Below are positions 52,569 to 56,660 of a DNA stretch of 56,660 bases, piece by piece (positions within the stretch are counted from its first letter, which is position 1; each line of letters begins with the position of its first letter). Position numbers and translations under genes: made by a program. Below the pieces are notes generated by a model. The model ran no database searches. It was not told where the DNA came from and worked only from the letters and a program-made list of their open reading frames with translations. The DNA is taken from positions 1 to 56,660 of the forward strand of contig JAYENI010000213.1 in NCBI GenBank assembly GCA_034722015.1, written 5' to 3'. This stretch comes from Pseudomonadota bacterium. Its GTDB lineage: Bacteria; Pseudomonadota; Gammaproteobacteria; JAJDOJ01.

Positions 52569-53803
52569 TGACCAGGAAGGGGGAGAAGGGGATGATCGTC
52601 GGTCTCGACATTGGCACATCGAAGGTCGTGGCAATTGTCGGCGAGGGAAACGAGGACGGGGGTATCGAGGTCGTTGGTATCGGCTCCCACCCCTCGCGCG
52701 GGCTCAAGAAGGGTGTGGTGGTCAATATCGAGTCCACGGTGCAGTCCATCCAGCGCGCGGTGGAAGAGGCCGAGCTGATGGCCGGTTGCCAGATCCACTC
52801 CGTATACGCGGGCATCGCGGGCAGTCACATTCGCAGTCTGAATTCACACGGTATCGTCGCGATCAGGGACCGGGAGGTCACGCTGAGCGATGTCGAGCGG
52901 GTCAAGGATGCGGCGCGCGCGGTGGCGATCCCCGCCGACCAGCGCGTCATCCACACGCTCCCGCAGGAATACATCATCGACCGGCAGGAGGGGATTCGTG
53001 AACCGGTTGGAATGTCCGGGGTGCGCCTGGAGGTCAAGGTCCATATGGTGACCGGCGCGGTGAGCGCCGCGCAGAACATCGTCAAGTGTGTTCGGCGCTG
53101 CGGCCTGGAGGTGGACGACATCATCCTGGAACAGCTGGCATCCAGCCATGCCGTGCTCACCGACGACGAAAAGGAGCTCGGGGTCTGCCTGGTGGACATT
53201 GGCGGCGGGACCACGGACATCGCGGTATTCACCGAGGGCGCCATTCGTCACACCGCGGTCATCCCCATCGCCGGAGACCAGGTCACCAACGATATCGCGG
53301 TCGCTTTGCGCACACCGACGCAGCACGCCGAGGACCTCAAAATCAGGTACGCCTGCGCGCTGCGGCAGCTGGCGAATCCGGACGAGACGATCGAGGTGCC
53401 CAGCGTTGGCGACAGGCCGCCAAGGCGGTTGTCCCGACAGACCCTGGCCGAAGTGGTCGAGCCGCGATACGAGGAATTCCTGAGTCTGGTCCAGGCCGAA
53501 TTGCGGCGTAGCGGCTTCGAGGAACTCTGCGCGGCCGGGATGGTGTTGACCGGCGGCAGTTCGAAGATGGAGGGAGTTGTCGAACTCGCCGAGGAAGTGT
53601 TTCACAAACCGGTTCGTCTGGGAGTGCCCCAGTTCGTGACGGGTTTGGTGGATGTCGTGCGAAACCCGACCCATGCGACGGGTGTTGGTTTGTTGTTGTA
53701 CGGGCAGCTAAGCCGTCAGCTGGAGATGACGGAAAAGCTCTCCGACAAGGGAGTGCAGGCGATCTGGAGGCGTATGAGGAGCTGGTTCCAGGGAAATTTC
53801 TGA
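52568..53803 (+). CDS. ftsA: Cell division protein FtsA
   Basis: VGLDIGTSK, DIGGGTTD, VLTGG, amphipathic C-terminus. Confidence 0.97.
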   Translation: MTRKGEKGMIVGLDIGTSKVVAIVGEGNEDGGIEVVGIGSHPSRGLKKGVVVNIESTVQSIQRAVEEAELMAGCQIHSVYAGIAGSHIRSLNSHGIVAIRDREVTLSDVERVKDAARAVAIPADQRVIHTLPQEYIIDRQEGIREPVGMSGVRLEVKVHMVTGAVSAAQNIVKCVRRCGLEVDDIILEQLASSHAVLTDDEKELGVCLVDIGGGTTDIAVFTEGAIRHTAVIPIAGDQVTNDIAVALRTPTQHAEDLKIRYACALRQLANPDETIEVPSVGDRPPRRLSRQTLAEVVEPRYEEFLSLVQAELRRSGFEELCAAGMVLTGGSSKMEGVVELAEEVFHKPVRLGVPQFVTGLVDVVRNPTHATGVGLLLYGQLSRQLEMTEKLSDKGVQAIWRRMRSWFQGNF

Positions 53804-53844
53804 TGGGTAGTCATTAAAGCAAACAAAGACTGAGGAGACGGGCA

Positions 53845-55074
53845 ATGTTCGAACTTGTCGATACATTCAATCAGAGTGCGGTAATCAAGGTAATCGGTGT
53901 CGGTGGCGGCGGCGGTAACGCCGTTCAGCACATGGTGTCCACCAACATCGACGGCGTGGATTTTATTTGTGCCAATACCGATTCGCAGGCACTGAAAAGC
54001 ACCAACGCGAAAACGGTCCTTCAATTGGGTACCAACATCACCAAGGGCCTCGGGGCCGGCGCGAATCCGATGGTCGGGCGCGAAGCGGCGCTAGAGGACC
54101 GCGACCGCATCCAGGAGGTCATCGGGGGCGCCGACATGCTGTTTATTACTGCCGGGCTTGGTGGTGGAACGGGCACCGGCGCGGCACCCGTTGTGGCCGA
54201 AGTGGCGAAGGAAATGGGTATCCTGACCGTCGCGGTGGTCACAAAACCGTTTCCTTTCGAGGGTAATAAACGTACCCAGGTCGCGATGACCGGGATCGGT
54301 GAGTTGACCAAGCATGTGGATTCGCTCATTACGATACCCAACGAAAAGCTGCTGGCGGTTCTGGGCAAGGAAATGAACCTGCTGGACGCCTTCGGCGCCG
54401 CTAACGACGTCCTGCTCGGGGCGGTTCAGGGAATCGCCGAACTGATTACGCGCCCCGGGCTCATCAACGTCGATTTCGCCGATGTTCGCACGGTCATGTC
54501 GGAGATGGGAATGGCGATGATGGGTACCGGCACCGCTCGAGGCAAGGAGCGGGCGCGTGAGGCGGCCGAGGCGGCCATCGCCAGTCCGCTGCTCGAGGAC
54601 GTCAATATCTCCGGTGCACGGGGCATACTCGTCAACGTGACGGCGGGTCGGGATCTGGCGATTGGCGAATTCGATGACGTCGGCAATGCCATCAAGTCGT
54701 TGGCGTCCGACGATGCAACCGTGGTCGTGGGAACCGTCATCGACCCTGAGATGACCGAGGATCTGCGTGTCACGCTGGTGGCCACCGGGCTGGGTGGCGA
54801 GCGGCCGTCGAGTACCGTACGCACATCGTCACTCGCGCATGTGCATGCCCAGTCGCCCCAGGCTTCGGTGGAGGCGGCGTATCGTGAGAAGCCCTCAGTA
54901 CGACTGGTCGAGCCCGAAGAGGAGCCCATGGCGGAGATCCGGCATGTCGAGCAAACTGCACCGATGCGCCAGGCGGCAGGAGCGCGTGCTGCGGCGCGGC
55001 CCGACGGTGGTCGGGGCGACTACGACATGGACTACCTCGACATTCCCGCATTCCTGCGTAAGCAGGCGGACTGA
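53845..55074 (+). CDS. ftsZ: Cell division protein FtsZ
   Basis: GGGTGTG tubulin motif, [20 protein letters not shown]. Confidence 0.98.
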   Translation: MFELVDTFNQSAVIKVIGVGGGGGNAVQHMVSTNIDGVDFICANTDSQALKSTNAKTVLQLGTNITKGLGAGANPMVGREAALEDRDRIQEVIGGADMLFITAGLGGGTGTGAAPVVAEVAKEMGILTVAVVTKPFPFEGNKRTQVAMTGIGELTKHVDSLITIPNEKLLAVLGKEMNLLDAFGAANDVLLGAVQGIAELITRPGLINVDFADVRTVMSEMGMAMMGTGTARGKERAREAAEAAIASPLLEDVNISGARGILVNVTAGRDLAIGEFDDVGNAIKSLASDDATVVVGTVIDPEMTEDLRVTLVATGLGGERPSSTVRTSSLAHVHAQSPQASVEAAYREKPSVRLVEPEEEPMAEIRHVEQTAPMRQAAGARAAARPDGGRGDYDMDYLDIPAFLRKQAD

Positions 55075-55495
55075 GGCAGAGGGGTTGCGGGATACGCCGC
55101 CGCGGTCAGGCGGAAGGACTCCTGGTGGAACCCCGTCGAGCTAACGGGGTTTCATGTAAACAGACGTATTCGCAACAAGTGGGAAATGGAGCGCCGCCGG
55201 GTTTGGCCGGCGGCGCGAAGCAGGCCGGGTTTGGCCAGGGAGGAGATGCGGCAGAGCCACAATGATGGGAAAATGCAACACCATTTGTATTTTTATGACA
55301 TAATTCTGTGTCTATAAATGGTGCCTGGCGATACAATGCGCCGGCGCGGGTGAAATATTGTCGGCTCGCAGGCGACATTGGACGTCGAGCATGTGTATTA
55401 CCCTCTGGATGGTGTGGATTGCCCTCGATGGACGGGTTCCGGTGAAGACCGGAGTGGATCAGACAAGCTCGTACTTTTTACGGAGATCGTGAAAA

Positions 55496-56416
55496 TTGAT
55501 TAGGCAACGCACGCTACAGAACGCAATACGCGCGACAGGAGTGGGCCTGCATACGGGCGAGAAGATCTACTTGACGCTGCGGCCGGCCCCGATCAACGTC
55601 GGGATCGTGTTTCGTCGGGTGGATCTGGAAACTCCAGTAGAGATCAGGGCTCATCCCGAGAATGTCGGCGATACACGGCTGTCGACGACACTTGCCAAGG
55701 GAGACGTCAGCATATCCACGGTCGAACACCTGCTCTCGGCTATCGCGGGTCTTGGCATAGACAACGCTTATATCGACCTTAGCGCGTCCGAGGTGCCGAT
55801 CATGGACGGAAGCGCGGGCCCCTTTGTGTTCCTGATCCAGTCGGCGGGAATTGCCGAGCAGAACGCTCCCAAGCACTTCATTCGAATCAAGAAAACCGTC
55901 ATGGCCGAAGACGGGGACAAGTGGGCGCGCTTCGAGCCTTTCGAAGGGTTCAAGGTCGGCTTTACCATCGATTTCGATCATCCCGTCTTTGCGTCCCGAA
56001 GTCAGAAAGCCGAAATCGATTTCTCAACGACATCTTTCGTAAAGGAGGTTGCCCGGGCGCGAACTTTCGGTTTCATGCGGGATATCGAGATGTTGCGGGA
56101 CCATAATCTGGCCTTGGGCGGCAGTCTCGACAATGCTGTGGTTGTTGACGACTATCGTATCTTGAACGAGGACGGCCTCAGGTACGAGGACGAGTTCGTC
56201 AAGCACAAGATCCTTGATGCTATCGGTGACCTCTATCTGCTGGGACACAGCCTTATAGGCGCCTTCATGGGGCACAAGTCCGGACATGAACTGAACAACA
56301 TCCTCCTGAGAAAATTGCTGGAGACGGAAGATGCCTGGGATGAGGTCACTTTTGAAGACGACTCGGAGGGGGCGCCGATTTCCTACGCACGTCCCTTGTG
56401 GGTGTCCGAAATTTGA
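55496..56416 (+). CDS. lpxC: UDP-3-O-acyl-GlcNAc deacetylase
   Basis: QRTL...[26 protein letters not shown]; TTG start. Confidence 0.96.
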   Translation: MIRQRTLQNAIRATGVGLHTGEKIYLTLRPAPINVGIVFRRVDLETPVEIRAHPENVGDTRLSTTLAKGDVSISTVEHLLSAIAGLGIDNAYIDLSASEVPIMDGSAGPFVFLIQSAGIAEQNAPKHFIRIKKTVMAEDGDKWARFEPFEGFKVGFTIDFDHPVFASRSQKAEIDFSTTSFVKEVARARTFGFMRDIEMLRDHNLALGGSLDNAVVVDDYRILNEDGLRYEDEFVKHKILDAIGDLYLLGHSLIGAFMGHKSGHELNNILLRKLLETEDAWDEVTFEDDSEGAPISYARPLWVSEI

Positions 56417-56487
56417 TGCCCCATGTGAAGCCCGGGGAATGTAGTCAGCAGGAATATCGGTTTATCAATATTTTCAGATATAGAGTA

Positions 56488-56660
56488 TTACTGCCTTTTC
56501 ACGGCTCTCCGGGCCAGGCGTTTCAGGCTGCGTGAAAGATCCTGGTCGCTCACGATCCTTGCCGCCGCCTCCAGGGTATCTGCGCCCTGTCCGGGCGGCA
56601 TTGGGCTCTTGGTCGGAGCTTTCAGGCCTTCCGGCAGGCAGCCAACCTTGACGCGAACCT
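56488..56660 (-). CDS. dciA: DUF721/DciA family protein, 3' part (cut by window edge)
   Basis: Hand translation VRVKV...LEAAARIVSDQDLSRSLKRLARRAVKRQ*; convergent on lpxC as in many gammaproteobacteria. Confidence 0.6.
   Translation of the reverse strand, partial: VRVKVGCLPEGLKAPTKSPMPPGQGADTLEAAARIVSDQDLSRSLKRLARRAVKRQ

Overview
High-GC gammaproteobacterial core chromosome. In order: the 3' end of dcd; a minus-strand kdsD-kdsC-lptCAB-rpoN-hpf-ptsN-hprK-rapZ-EIIA-ptsH-ptsI block; a small accessory islet (pcp pseudogene, vapBC, DUF72 gene, MITEs); mlaFEDCB-murA-hisG-aroG-hisD-hisC; degS; Nif3; petABC; sspAB; an FAD oxidase with gmhA-yraN-lpoA; rsmI-rnpB; the dcw cluster from mraZ to lpxC; and the 3' end of dciA. 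The coding content is ordinary and the interesting signal is non-coding. Five copies of a 156-157 bp MITE with 3-bp TNA target duplications sit at gene 3' ends, and one has rewritten the HisG C-terminus. Two further MITEs have unrelated termini. All three families fold into long hairpins carrying the same internal-loop motif (AAGGC-[stem-loop]-AACGC), with compensatory changes and G-U-type pairs on one strand, suggesting a conserved structured RNA/ssDNA module carried by different transposon ends. No transposase, CRISPR array, tRNA or rRNA was seen. All calls are by eye, without database searches, and several starts were moved to likelier downstream codons.
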